A DNA stretch of 50,471 nucleotides from Eremomyces bilateralis CBS 781.70. Its lineage: Eukaryota. How positions within the stretch are numbered: the stretch's first letter is position 1; every line of letters starts with the position of its first letter. Made by a program: the position numbers and the translations under genes. The notes under the pieces are model-generated. The model did no database searches. It had not been told where the DNA came from and was given only the letters and a program-made list of their open reading frames with translations. This document shows, in pieces, positions 13,205 to 26,677 of the stretch. The stretch lies in assembly GCA_010015585.1 (NCBI GenBank), contig ML975152.1; one strand, given 5' to 3'.

Positions 13205-14018
13205 GGCTGCGATTGTCCAACTTCGAAAGGATCGATGTGGTGCGAATTGAGGAAGATGGATGGATAGATGGATGACAGGAGCAGCGTGTGTGCGTTGTGG
13301 TGGAGGGAATGGAGGTCGAAGATGTGCGCTGGCCGGAGTGGGGAGCCTTCACCAAAATTCTGATATCGCTTAGAACCGTGAACGGGCTGTTTGGAACAAG
13401 GTTTCTCCGGCTGGGCTGCCAGAGATCCATCACGTGGAACAATGTCATGTGATATTTGATTCGATGAGCGCTTGTCCCTATTAGAGCCCAAGGAATTCTG
13501 GACCCACTTGGAGCCTCATCCACATCCCTGTACTCGATGTTTATTGGAGCGTTTGGTCCAGACCCTTGATTTTTATTCTGAAAGCGGTAGCCAATCGATC
13601 TTCTCCCTGTCCAAGACACTCCAAGTCCATCGACATAACTCTCCGTTTCATCTTTCTATTCTTCCATCCTTTAGACGCCGCACCGCCAGACATCGGGAAA
13701 CATGGTCTATATTTGAAAACACCGTCGGTAGTCCTCGCGTGCTGTGGGACAGGCTACAATCCAGTAGTAGGTATGCACTGTGAAGCGTTTCAAACGTCGT
13801 ACGCCTTTGTTCGACTCATCGCCTTCACGATGGGATTCTTTCTTTAACCGCAAGCGCCGTTCATTCTTCGTTCTCATCTTTCTTTCATGCCTTTCTTCCG
13901 TCGCTGTCCATCCTGCAATTCAGATCCTGAGTCTGTCCCTTGAGTCTCTACATCATTTCATTCTCGTCAGCACGTTTCGTCCTGCGGTGTGCATCCCTCT
14001 GCTTCCGCCCTCATCATC

Positions 14019-15242
14019 ATGGGTGCCATCACGCTTCACAAACTATCTATCGTCTGTCTGGTGTCTTCCGCCGTGCCATCAGCCTACGCCCTTGCTACTG
14101 CATTGAATGCGGCGAAACATGTCGGTCTGCTGGCTGAGCGCGCCGGTGATGATTGCGGAGGGAACGCAACCCTTTACCATTGCGGAAACCGTCTCCCTAC
14201 GGGGTTCTGCTGTTCGGAAAACGCGTCATGCTTGATTCTAAACAACACGATCACCGAATCTGTATTATGCTGCCCTAAAGGCTCAAGCTGCGAATTTGTT
14301 GAAACGATTACCTGCGATCCAACGGAACAGGATGCTACGATATTCCCTGAGAGTCCTCTGCACATGGCAAATCTGACAAACGCTCTCCCATCCTGCGGAA
14401 ATAAATGCTGTCCATTAGGGTACGAATGCACACTAGGCGCATGTGCCATGAAAGAAGAAACAAAGTCAGCTCCATCAAGTTCGGTGACAGCACCGAGTCC
14501 GACTTCCTCCTCTGCAGTCTCCGAATCCTCGTCATCCACCACCACACTAGTTCCAGTTGCCTCATCCGGATCTTCATTCAATCCCTCCTCCTTTGCAGCC
14601 GGCCTAATTCCAGGCCTTGTTTTGGGTGCCGCACTCTGTTTCGGTATCATATGGTACATCCGTCGTCGAAAGAGGCGCGAATCCGTAGATTCCATCTTCG
14701 GTCCGGTCCGTCGAGAGATATCCGACCCGATTCACCAACCGTCGATGTCCACGCGGACCGATTTCCTCCAAGCGCAGCAACGGGAGTCGAACCGCAGTTC
14801 GGAGACGAAATCAAGCGACGGCGCCTACTCACCCAACACACGCCCGGGCGAAACCACTCCGACCCCTCGGCCGCGGTACCAGGCAAATACAAGCGATCCC
14901 TTTATCCAGTCTCGTACCTCGTTCCCACGAGTTCGTGCTTTATTCGCCCCGAAAACCCCTACTGTCAACAGACCAGTCGATCCGGAGGTCGAAAAACCGT
15001 CAAGACCAGGGCTGGATCGTAGGAAGAGCAGCGAGACAATCGGTATCCTCATGACCCCTCCGTCGATACTGCCTTCGACAAGGTACGATCCCGCAGCACA
15101 ACCCGGGACAAGCTCAGAGGGATCCGGCGGCCTGCGTCCTGACTATAAACCCAGGCGGAACATAGAACGAGAGATCGAAGATGGACAGCGGATGACTACG
15201 TTTACGACGATCATGCACGATGCAGGGTATGCTCAGAAATAA
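14019..15242 (+). CDS. Type I single-pass membrane protein: signal peptide, Cys-rich ectodomain, Ser/Thr stalk, TM helix, disordered cytoplasmic tail (407 aa)
   Basis: Intronless ORF. Hydrophobic N-terminus; CCSENASC, CCPKGSSC, CCPLGYEC; S/T-rich linker; TM AAGLIPGLVLGAALCFGIIWYI followed by RRRKRR. Confidence 0.85.
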   Translation: MGAITLHKLSIVCLVSSAVPSAYALATALNAAKHVGLLAERAGDDCGGNATLYHCGNRLPTGFCCSENASCLILNNTITESVLCCPKGSSCEFVETITCDPTEQDATIFPESPLHMANLTNALPSCGNKCCPLGYECTLGACAMKEETKSAPSSSVTAPSPTSSSAVSESSSSTTTLVPVASSGSSFNPSSFAAGLIPGLVLGAALCFGIIWYIRRRKRRESVDSIFGPVRREISDPIHQPSMSTRTDFLQAQQRESNRSSETKSSDGAYSPNTRPGETTPTPRPRYQANTSDPFIQSRTSFPRVRALFAPKTPTVNRPVDPEVEKPSRPGLDRRKSSETIGILMTPPSILPSTRYDPAAQPGTSSEGSGGLRPDYKPRRNIEREIEDGQRMTTFTTIMHDAGYAQK

Positions 15243-17224
15243 TTCGTTCCTTATAGGTGCATATCTGGTGGGTTTTAATGGTGTAATTCTTTGTCTTTCA
15301 TCGGACATGTCAATAGCATTGGGCACGCTTGACCATATATTGCCTCGGTTCCAAATACATTAGTTGAAAGCACTCTGTGGAAGCACTCCGTCGTGCAGAT
15401 GTCGTACGGTACCTTCGGACTCGGATGACATGAAGCGGTTTTGGAAGGTGCCCACTGCCCAGCCTCTACCCTCTGGCCTGTGTGTGTTTGATTTTAAACG
15501 GGAGACCCAGCCCTATATCCCTTTGATCCCTCTTGGCCTCCCAGGTTGCTAGATATTAAACATCCCACAATAAATCTCCGACTCCGCCGAGAGAGCTTAT
15601 TGGGACGTCAATGCTCAATGCCTCGGCCGCCGTGTCCCAGATCAATTGGAAAATGTATCGTTCAGGGCTGAACCGTGTTTGGCACGATTTGGTGGCGACA
15701 AAACGAAGGCATCTAGAGGCGCGTACATTTCCATGGTTAGTGAGCCTTCTTGGGAACGGTGATACATCATGGAAATTGGGCAGTTGAACACGTAGCGCAC
15801 TGGGACATATGTCGGAGTGCCTTGTTTAACTGAGTTGATTGAAGATTTGAAGTTCCACCTCGTCTGTCTAAATGCTTCGAAGGGGATAATGGTCGGGACA
15901 GTACACTGTAGGTCGTATTATTTGCATGCACGATATGTAGTTAGCGGTCTGCAGGGTAGAACCGCCGCGCTAAGCTTCCAAAGTTCTTCATCTCCGGAGC
16001 GGGACGTCTAGCATGGTGAAATTAGTGCAATCTAGAATTGGAATCGAGGAATTCCCCGATACCTGGACTCTGCTACTCTAAAGACGGCTCCAGTTTCCGC
16101 TAGCCGGCTAGAGTCCGCTTAGCTCGAGCCTCGAGGTCGAGCATATGGGACGAGCATATCGGGACTGCTAGGCGCTATGCCATCAAATGACGGCAAATTT
16201 AGCAGCATTGAGCTTCCTGAATCCTGATGCCCTGCAGTGTAGGTAATACGACGTTCGCCTTACATCTGCAGTAAATTGAAGTTGTACTTAAGCCACTGTA
16301 CTTGGCCAACGTGAAGATCCGCACTGCATGACTCTCATCCGTAAATCGTCTCTACATAGTATATACGAGGCGGGCCACATCGTATCCTCACGGGTCGGTC
16401 CCGAACCTCCCAACCTTATTTCGTAGTGACTGTAATATTGATTCAATTTCAATTTGAACATGAAGGGGTCCTCAAGTCCCAAGTGGCATCTTAAAGAGTG
16501 GACGTCCTCCTTCAGACACGAGAAAATTGTGGGGAGGTTATGAAATATTTAAATGGGCAAAGGTACTACGTACCCATGTAGAGCCTGGGGATCGGTCCAA
16601 GTCCGAAACAATTACCTGTATAGGGGAGAGACTAGAGAACTCCCTCCACTGTACAGAGGGCGGCACAAGGTTTCTATTCCCGAACTACGCATCGACAATT
16701 CGACATTGTAGGAATTTGGCACGATGGCGGAAGAGGCGTCCTGGAGGTGATTACCCCTCAATATCCATCCCCTTTGACAGCAGCATGAAAGTGGGCATAT
16801 TCGCGGCAGGACGGCCAAACTAGGTAGAGGACCTGCCAACTCCACGGTTCACCGGACAGAAACTCATCGGGAGTGAAGGCAAGCCACGAGATCATGGCCC
16901 ACGCCTCGGCCACAGATGCCGAAGGTGGCGGGGGAAGCATACATATAAGTATTAAGTATACCTAAGTGCGGTGTTACACTGCCGCTGTAAGGTGCAGTGA
17001 AAGGAAAGCCAAGCGCCGACGGCATGTAGCACCAAGCATTGACACCAGTGCGTCCTCATATGTCAAATTGTCAATACGTCTCCATAACGCCTTGTACGCC
17101 AGACACCATGACCAAAGCCGCAAAAAGAGATGAAGATGTAGGTAGCCTGATGAACATTGAACTGGAAATGAAGGAGAGGCATATGCTGAGTCTCTTCATG
17201 AGTGACACTCTGGGCCGTTGCCGT

Positions 17225-17256
17225 GCGTTGAAGCGTTGAAGCGTTGAAGTTTGAAA
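17225..17256. repeat. 8-bp tandem repeat (GCGTTGAA)x3 plus a degenerate copy
   Basis: gcgttgaa gcgttgaa gcgttgaa gtttgaaa read directly. Confidence 0.65.
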
Positions 17257-18636
17257 GAGAACAGGAGAGATATGACCAAACCATGTGATGACAAGGTGCG
17301 ACAGGAGAGGTCACTGTGATGGAAGACCATGATGGGTGGTTGCGTGTGGATTTAGAGTTTGAGACAAAGCCGTGCAGGACAAAGGAGGGGGAATCAGGGG
17401 ATAGACTTGACCATATCGACAGCCCGTGATCAAGGGTTCCTGCAGAAGCGTAAAGCTCCCGAGTTCTGGCTGAGATTTTTGAACTTCTGCGATGTCCCAG
17501 AGGCCAAAAGAGGCCAGACTCCATGTTTCATCCTTCAGGTTCTGCCCGTTCTATAGACAGTAGAGAGTGTTAGTAACTCGACAAAGGTCCAAACTCCAAA
17601 GGCTGTCCAGCTTTATTCTGCAAGCGCCGGGCTGAAGCCGGGGTTGACTTCAGTTGTCAGTTGTCACACCGATCCACAAAATGATGGGCATTTGGCAGTT
17701 TGGAAACGGGTGTACACAAGTTGAAAATGCGGTTATTCACATATTAATAGCACCAGGCTTGCAGAAGGAGACGTCGGGGTTACTTTCTATGAAGTGGAAT
17801 TGCATAGAAGTTTTGAGGACATTTAACCATCCACAACAGCACAACTCATCTGGTGTGGGAATTGACGCCGGAGTCACTACTACATAATACTACAGGGGGG
17901 GCGGCATCGGATGCTGGGGGCTTTGTCTCCATCCAACTCTCCATCCCAAGTTCCAACTCTCCATCCATCGTTGACACTGACGCACCACATCCTCCTCCCT
18001 CCTCCCTCCTCACTCCTCACAGGCTCACACATCCATCTTCTAAGCCGTGGCACTTTACTAATGCACTCGAGCCAATAACAATGCTCCATTGGCACAAAAT
18101 CCCGCCTGATCTCCGTCCTTAGTCCTGTTGTCTTTCGATCCCCTTGCGTTTGCTGCTGCACCAACCTTCTCACCAGCCGCTGACCCCCTTCATCTTCTAA
18201 TCGTGGCATCGCACCCTATACATCCCCCTTCCAGTGTCTGGACACTTCTCTCTTGGTCATCTTGTTGTGTTGGCCTTGCCCCAGACCTCTTGCCTCACGC
18301 CCTTCTGTTCGGTGTCGAAGTATTACCCTATTCCAGGGGCCCTTCATCAGACCCTACCCTAGTCCAGACATCTGTACCTAGTAATTTCGCAAGCATCGAC
18401 CCAGCCAATTCAATCCACGGCTTTGCTCCGCTAAACGCCCGGCTCCTCAGCACCCAGGGGAGCCTCCCTTCATCACGATTGTCCCTCACACCTCCGAGTT
18501 CTCAAACATCTTCGGATGCTCTCCCTGTCGCGCACTGGTTCCAAGCCCTCTTCGACCCATCGTGCTTCGAGCCTCCAGCCTTAGCTAACCTTACGTTGCT
18601 GCGTCTGGCCTGGGGCCGGCTTAGGTATGGTTGCTG

Positions 18637-21600
18637 ATGTCTCCACTGCCACAGTCCGCATCCCCAAGCCAACCATCAATTGGAGACTCGGCCAGATATC
18701 AGCTGAGGGAAACTGGCTCGTCGCCATCCTCTCGATCGGATCGAAACAGGAGGCAACATAAACCGATCCCGTCGCCATTGCAGCAGGCATCCTACAGCTC
18801 TCCTGCATTTTCCACCACCTCTCCTACCTCTCACGATCAGCCCCGCTCTCCGCGCGAGATTCTCGACCATTTAATAGCTACGGAAAAGGACGAGGTTGTG
18901 CCATCAGCACCATCAGGGCAAGAAACACCTCGCGGCAATCGTGGCAGTCCGAATCGGACATCGGTCGCTCCATCCGTTCCATTGTCTCCTCCTACCTCCC
19001 CGACCTCCACCGGCAAAATCACACACACGATGGCTTCGACAACAACGGCAGCTCAGGGACGACCCGGATCTCGCCCTGTCCCTCCTCGCAATCCCTCCAT
19101 CGACTCGGCCGTCTCATCCATATCCTCCAGTACATCCCAATCCTACCATTCTACCCCAATAAGGTCGGCGCAAGACACGAGAGCTCCGCCAGACATGACA
19201 AGTCTCATTCTTGCAGCGGGCTCACCCGAGGCCGCGCTCCTGTCCCTCTGGAAAGAGAGACAGTCGGCTTCAAACCATAATGCTCAGCTGTGGAGATTGG
19301 TGGAAAAGCAGCGAACCATGATATTGGGCCTGAATAAAGACCTAGAACGAGCTCTGAAGGACAAGGAACGGTATCGTAAGAAGCTCAAGGATCATATGGC
19401 GCAAGCACCGCCTCTCCCGAACACGGCGCAACGGTCAAATATGGCGCATCGGGATCACAGCTCGTCTCCGGCGAATAGTGATGCTGCCGACGATTTGGGA
19501 CATATGCGCCAAACCCTTCATGAACGATCTACAAAGAGTGCGTTGGCTACGGCAATGTCAAAGGCAAACCGAGCAGGGTCTGAGTCTCCGCGCGGAGGTC
19601 CGCAAGTTCAATCGACCCACTCGCCCATCCAAACTTCGGGATCGATGTCTGCCACCGACTCGGCGATTGGCAGCCATGAACCGTCACCAACGGATGCATC
19701 CATACATCAACACGCGAGACCAATACCAGGGCCTAACAATGGAGCCGTAACTGGTGTACATGAAGGCCCTCGTAACCCGCCCAAAGCAACCGGTGGCCGC
19801 CGGGAAGACGAGTCACTCTCTCCAAAAACTTCATCGGTAGGAACCAGCAGCACCCTGCATGTCCAAGACCCCAGCAACCCACCCGCCCTCTCACTGACCC
19901 AAGCTACTCCCATCGTTGAGGGCGGGCGCTTCTCAAACCCGATCCATGAGCGGACAGGCTCGGCGACGGTTCGAAAAGCACCTCCCAAGCCTCTCGACCT
20001 TTCCAACAAGTCCGTCCACCCAAGCTCGCATCTACACGCTGCCGGCCCCACGGATGGTTCCGAATCCGAATACGATGACCAGCTAGAAGTGGATGAGATA
20101 CCACGGTTCGAGCGCGGGCGACGCAAAACCCGGGAAGAAGACGACCACCTAAGGGAGGCACATTTGAAGCAAGAACAAGATAGTCGCAGCATGTCCAAAA
20201 AGAAAGTGAAAAGCAAGAGCAAGAGTAAGAGTCAGCCGACCTCCGAACAGACGTCGCCTGTGGACACCGAGAAGACCACAGTTGTGGAAGCTGGGTCCAT
20301 GTCTGGGTTTGTAGGGCTACCAGCGTCGCCCCGTGCCATGCAACAGTCCGGATCAATTGCAGCCGTCTTGAGTCCTGGCGCATTGTCCGATCGGCCGGCT
20401 ATTCAACGCAGCGTAATATCTCCTCCCTTAATGAGCCCCGGGCTTCCTGTCAGTCCACGGCCGGGCGATCGTCCAATGAATTCCCCTGCCCCTCGAATGC
20501 TCCACAGCAACACTCTTACTTCACCTCCCATGTCCCCGCGAGGAGCCAACGGTATCCCATTGTCTCCACGCGCTCCTCGACAGCCGATCCCTCTCCCTCT
20601 AGCTTCCCCGCTTTCCGTCACATCCCCACACCTTGCTCGAGCGGAAGGGTACCAGGTCCACCAACAGCCACAGCCGGAGCAACATGGAGTTGCGCAGGCT
20701 TCCCTTGCCGAGAGACTACAGGTTTCACAACCGCAGTTAGCTCCGACCGAATCGGAGAACCAGTTGGGCCGTGAGTCCGCACTGAGTGGCAGCCAACCCC
20801 CGAGTCCGGATAACATCTATCGTGGACTAGTCTCCGATAACTACCCGGGTCTTCTTCTACAGCCGAATGCACTCCCCTCCATTATGATACGAGTCTCGTC
20901 ATCCCGACTGCGCCCGAGTCGCCACAGTATGCTCCTAGCAAGACCCCTCGAGGAAGATCCGGTGTTTATCCTGGGAATCCACGCGCGATCCGACGGCCGT
21001 CAATTGTGGAGGACGGAAAAAACCATTGCCTCGATACCGGTGTTCCATATGACGCTCAAGGACCGTCTCCAGGCAAGCGGAATTGGTTCCAGTGGATTGG
21101 ACGTCAAGGTCCCGGACCGTAGTCTCTTCGCCGGCCATGCGCCGGCCAAGATCGATGCCCGACGTGCCGCAGTGGACAAATATTTCGAGAGCGTCCTCGA
21201 TACGGAAATGGACGAGATAGCGGCGCTGATGGTGTGCGGGTTCCTTTCGACGGATGCGATTGGTGCCGACGCGGAGGAAGCGTCGCCTGGCGGATTCCAA
21301 CCTTCCGACGCGGGGGCAAGTGCAAGCAGCGCGAGTGCCAGCACCCTCACTCAAACATCCTCATTGAGTAAGGGTAGTGGCTCGCGCGGACGTACAGGGA
21401 AGGAGGGATACCTGACCAAACGCGGGAAGAACTTCGGCGGATGGAAGGCGCGATACTTCGTTCTGGAAGGGCCGGAGCTGAAGTACTATGAGATGGCGGG
21501 TGGGGCGCATCTAGGCACCATCAAACTGATGCACGCCCAAATAGGAAAGCAGAGCCCACAGGCGTCGTCGTCGAGCGCATCAGGAAACAGCCACCAGGAC

Positions 21601-23411
21601 GACTTGGATAACCAGTACCGCCATGCCTTCCTGATCCTCGAACCCAAGCGGAAGGACCCATCCAACCCGGTCCGTCACGTGCTGTGCGCTGAGAGTGACG
21701 CCGAGCGGGATGCCTGGGTCGAAGCGCTGGTTTCCTATGTCGACCCCGACGATTCGGAGAACCCGAAGAGTCCGAAGGATCGAGACCCGAACTCGGCCCG
21801 CAGCGCAGAGTTCCCGCTCCCCGGTAAGCAGTACCGTCCGGGTGAGGCCAAATCACGGGGCAAGGACGGCGTGAATCCGGGGGAGGCCACGACGGTCCAG
21901 GCAGTAAGCTACGATGCGACTGTCCCTGCCGAAGCCCCTATTCGAGGCGGGACCCCCAACTTCGGTTATCGGGACCCGAACGGCCATCACGTCCCAGGGA
22001 GCCCGACAATGGGCGGCTCGTTTTCTCATGCGCAGCCCATGCACCCGCTCATTTCCGGCCCGACGAATGGCTCCGTCATCCACAACGTCGGCATGTGGGG
22101 GAACAAAGCGGCTTCCTCCCTGAGCGTCAAGGACAAGAAACGCAGCATCTTCGGTTTCCGAGGCCGCTCTTCTTCAGACCTCGTAGCACAGGAACAAAGG
22201 CCACAACCGGCGCCTCATGTGGTCTTCGGCATCCCCCTTGCTGAAGCCGCGGAATGCTCGCAACCGCTCGGAGTTGATGAATACCTTCCAGCCGTGGTAT
22301 ATCGCTCAATCGAATACCTGCGAGCGAAGGGTGCTGCAGACGAGGAGGGGCTATTCCGGCTCAGCGGGTCGAATATCGTCATCAAGGGTCTGCGGGAGCG
22401 ATACAATACTGAAGGTGATGTTCGGCTGTTGGAGGGTGAGCCGTACGATGTTCATGCTGTCGCAAGCTTGCTCAAGCTGTATCTACGGGAACTTCCAGTG
22501 AGCATCTTGACACGGGAGTTGCATCTTGATTTCCTCAAAGCGCTCGGTGAGTTTTGTTGCCGCTTGTCCCCTTGCGTAAACCCACACTAACGCATCGGCT
22601 CAGAAATCGAAAACCGAGACCAGAAGATTGCGATCTTCAACCTGCTGGTGCACAGGCTTCCCAAAGCCAATTATTTCCTTTTGGCTGCGCTTCTTGGATT
22701 CCTCTTAGAAATCGTCTCGAATTCGGAGGTGAACAAGATGAATGTTAGGAACGGTAAGTCGCCGACTCGGCCCGGATCTTTGCTGCTTTTCGGCTGTGCT
22801 AATTGAACCCGACAGTTGGCATTGTATTTGCCCCGACGCTGAACATTCCCGCGACCATTATTTCCCTTTTCTTGACCGCCTATGCTGCTATCTTTGGAGC
22901 AGCACGAACTTCGGAACACGAGGAGTTCACCCTTCCTGCTCCGACGGACACCCGCGAATTATCGGTTCCATCGAACCAGGTCGACAGCCTCGGGATTCGC
23001 TCCCCACGACATCAGATGTTCTCCGATCTCCCCACCCCGAGCTATCGGCAGACGTTCCTGGGTGGGAACGGAAACGGGCCGGCGCATGGTGGGCCTGCTC
23101 CAGCGGGGTATGCTCCAGGAAACCCCGGTCTATCGCGCATGGGACCACCACAGGCGGATACGGGCTTCATCCCATTGCATCCGTCTTACGATGCTCCGCC
23201 GCCGGCAGTGAACTACTCCACCAATGAGGATGGGAACCAAGCCGCGGGCTATAATCCATCGCAGATTATGGGCGGGCGGGATGCGAAGCAGCGGCGTCGC
23301 GAAAGCAGCATGCTCATGATGAACACAAACGTGGCGAACCAACGGCATCCATCGATGCAGCGGTTACGCGAGGACGCGGGACTGGTGCGGGAAGAGAGTG
23401 CGTTTGATTGA
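18637..23411 (+). CDS. BEM3: Rho GTPase-activating protein with PX-like, PH and RhoGAP domains (BEM3-like), about 1550 aa
   Basis: Exons 18637-22546, 22604-22753, 22816-23411. PX-like PDRSLFAGHAPAKIDARR; PH KEGYLTKRGKNFGGWKARYFVL..AESDAERDAW; RhoGAP EEGLFRLSG (arginine finger), VASLLKLYLRELP, NKMNVRNVGIVFAPTL. The exact start codon is uncertain. Confidence 0.9.
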
Positions 23412-25394
23412 TTTCGAGGCGTCGTTGAAGCGATGGCGCAATGCCACATTGTGATGAGCGACGAGATCGATGGTGAAGGCGTTGGCGATGTAAATGTGTC
23501 ACACCGCGTTTGGGCAACATGAGTGGAGGGAGTCTGTCTTGTTTGAGTTTTCTTGTTTGGATACCTTTGTTTTTCGCATGATTCCCCTGGGTTATGGAGC
23601 CGGGATCCCTGTTTCTTATTGTTAGTTTCGGATCTTTCTTCCGATCGGCGAGCAAGTTGGAAATGACGGGCAGCAAGGGATTCTGCGATTGTATGCTATA
23701 CAGCTCCTGCTTTCGGCGGCAATGGTATTGGATCAATAGCGGCTTCTATTCTCGTTAGCGTCGCTTGGACACGTTGCAGACCTGCAGTCAGATCGTCCCG
23801 TATTTGCCTGCAGAAACTAAGTCTTTGAATTTCTTTTAGCGTGTTATGTATGCGTCCTGCGTGGGAAACAAAGGCACGTCGGTCCAGCAAATGGGAAGGC
23901 GAGCTACGAAGGTACTGACATGACAGATCATCTTATATTCGTGGCATCGAGAAACCACCAGTATAATCATTGCTTATCGTGTTGGGTCCGGGTTATACGC
24001 GTACAGGTACGGATACTATTTTGGACTTGGTACGGTGGTCCCGAGTCATTCGGAATCGCCTGTGCAACCATGGCATTCCTCAGTTCTCTGCTCCCATATT
24101 CGAATCCCTAAAACGATGAGGGTACTATGAAGTGTAAACTAGAGATTTACTGGAATTGGTCTACCGTCGTTCGGACTTGCTCGTTCCACTACGTTTGGCC
24201 GCCTGTATCATTGTCGTGTACCTGTCCATCTTCTCCATCCGCAGGTGTCGCAAGCACGAGAATCCGGATGATACAAGGCCCTGCCGCGGAAAGCGGCTGT
24301 GTAACACGGATGGTACTGAACGGTCCGAAGGGGGCCCAGCTACGGATTCAGCGATTTGTTGTCCACCAAGGAACCAGTGCGTTAACCGCGAACCTTTTCC
24401 TTAACAAATGGCGTCTACACTCTACAGGTTTCAATGATTTGATATTTCCCAGGGCATAGGATCAGAATTCCCGCATGGCGTTCCCAATCGGTGCGGTAGG
24501 AATTATCCATCCATGTCAAATGGCGACTCATGTCCACCGATGCTGAATGCTGATTGCTTACAATACTGACTGCTGCCGGGGACGGATGCCAGCCAGGATC
24601 CAGGCCTGGATGTCGTGCAGGTTTTGCATGGTATAATCCCCCGGAACACCTTCCCCGGAGGCTGTTTGCATATCAATGGATCATTGGGAAGCCCACATTG
24701 GCACCTTGACCGCGGCCGCAAGCCATTGGCGATCGAGACCCTCCTACCCAAAATCGGATCTTCCTGCACCGACATCTGACCTGAACAACCATTTGTTTTC
24801 ACCGAATGGGAGATGTCGATGATAGTGTGGCTTCTGGTTGCATGAAGGCTATTGCACCGAGAGCCCATGAGCGGATTCTTTCGGGTCATGCATAACCGAG
24901 TACAGCATGATCGATAGTAGCGGACACGTCTGGTCGTCCCCACAGGCGCGGGATACGATACTGATTGGCGATATGTTGTAGAAGACAATGCACTAGCGTC
25001 GACACGTCGATCTTAGTGCACAAGATGATAATAATATGCATATTGCATAGAGCTGTTCGTAGGTCACGCCATTGTGACCTGCTCATTGAGTGGTAAACCA
25101 TGAATAAGAAGATAAGTATGATTAGGCACATTCTGACTCGAAACTCTAACGAATCTATTCCGTTGTCCCAGAATGATATTCCCGTTCCCAGTCCTACTCC
25201 CGCTCATTCATGCTAGCAGTCCCTTGGCATTGCTGCCATTCGCTGTATCTAACGCCATGAGAGTGCTTCTCATCCCTTCATGCCATCCCATTTTCCATGT
25301 GACCCCTCCTGGGGCCGATGCGATCATTGCGATACTAGGAAATACATTAAACGAATCAACATCTCTTCGTCTGCGGAAACAACACGTCAAACTA

Positions 25395-26492
25395 TTACGA
25401 CCAGAGGAGTCTGTACATCCGGATGGTAAAGAAAAATAAGGTGAGATAGATAATCGCTGCAAAGGCAAATCTGAGCCGACCGATAAGCCACGGAAAGCTA
25501 GGGCCGAGAGAATGCTGGGTATCGTCCAACATAATGTACGATCCGGGATTCAAAAACCCATCGAGTACAAGCGCAATGGCAGCGGCAAGACTAGCATAAC
25601 CGAGGTCGTCATTCGAAAAGCTGCTTTCGTCAACAGGTATGCCGCTTGTTAGAGGTGGCGGACTTCGTTTCTGGTCAGACGTCGAGACCTTGCGATAGAC
25701 GCGGGCAGGAGTTCCATAGGCAATATGCCCCGCTGGGACGCTCTATCGCATGTCAGCGCCTAGTCTTATGAGTATGTTGCCCTAGGCCACATGTCAACCG
25801 GCCACCGCCAACTCACCTTTGTGACGACACTGCCAGCGCCAATAATGCAACCATCTCCAATGCTCACTCCTCCTCTACAAAATGATAGGTTAGCTTATAA
25901 ATCGTCTTAGAATCTCCGAGTACGGCTGAACTTACAAAATGGTGGCCCTTCCGCCAATCCAGCAGCGATCTCCAATGGTGACCTGTTTCCCATAGCTTGG
26001 ACTATTGACCTCCTCTCGATCCTCTGCATGAGACACGGCGTAAATGTGTACTTCGGGGCCGAACAGACACTTCTCACCAATCCGTATTGGTTGGACAGGA
26101 GTGTCGAGGATCATGCAGCCACGGTTGATGAATGTAGTACGCCCAATGTGCAAGTTGGTGCCATAGTCGCACCAGAACGAGGCTTTGACATAAGGAGCAG
26201 CGCCTCCGGCGGGAAACTTGGCAGGCGAGTCCGAAGACACGGCGTTCCCGTTCGCATTTGACTGTTTCAGCGAAGGTGATACTACTATTCTGCATGTATC
26301 GTTAGCAAGCGAACAGGTTCAAGGACCGGCGGCATTGTCTCCGTACTGGTTCCATCGTTCCGCCCTGTCGTCCATGGATGCGGTCTCTGGTAAGGCATTG
26401 AACGCCGCGCAAGCAATGGCACAGCGCTGGCGCATATTGCGATATTCATCTTCGAATGCAGGAAATGAGGTCCCGAGGGAGCGTTCCTCCAT
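25395..26492 (-). CDS. Maltose/galactoside O-acetyltransferase family (trimeric LpxA-like hexapeptide repeat) with hydrophobic C-terminal extension, about 301 aa
   Basis: Exons 26492-26347, 26289-25936, 25874-25817, 25742-25395. Motifs [83 protein letters not shown]. Confidence 0.87.
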
Positions 26493-26664
26493 GGCGGCTC
26501 CAAGGATCGAAGACCAACAGAAGCACTGCAAGATTGACAACGACTGAAGAGACTGGGGAGTTTGGACTGCGGTGTCGGTAAGATCCAGGGGTCTCACTCG
26601 GTCCAGTGGCAGATGTGTTCAATCAGCATGGGGAAATGCCGGGATCGAAGTATGAGGGTTGTAG

Positions 26665-26677
26665 ATATATATATATG
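26665..26677. repeat. (AT)n run / TATA-like element upstream of the acetyltransferase
   Basis: gatatatatatatgg about 175 nt upstream of ATG 26492. Confidence 0.45.
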
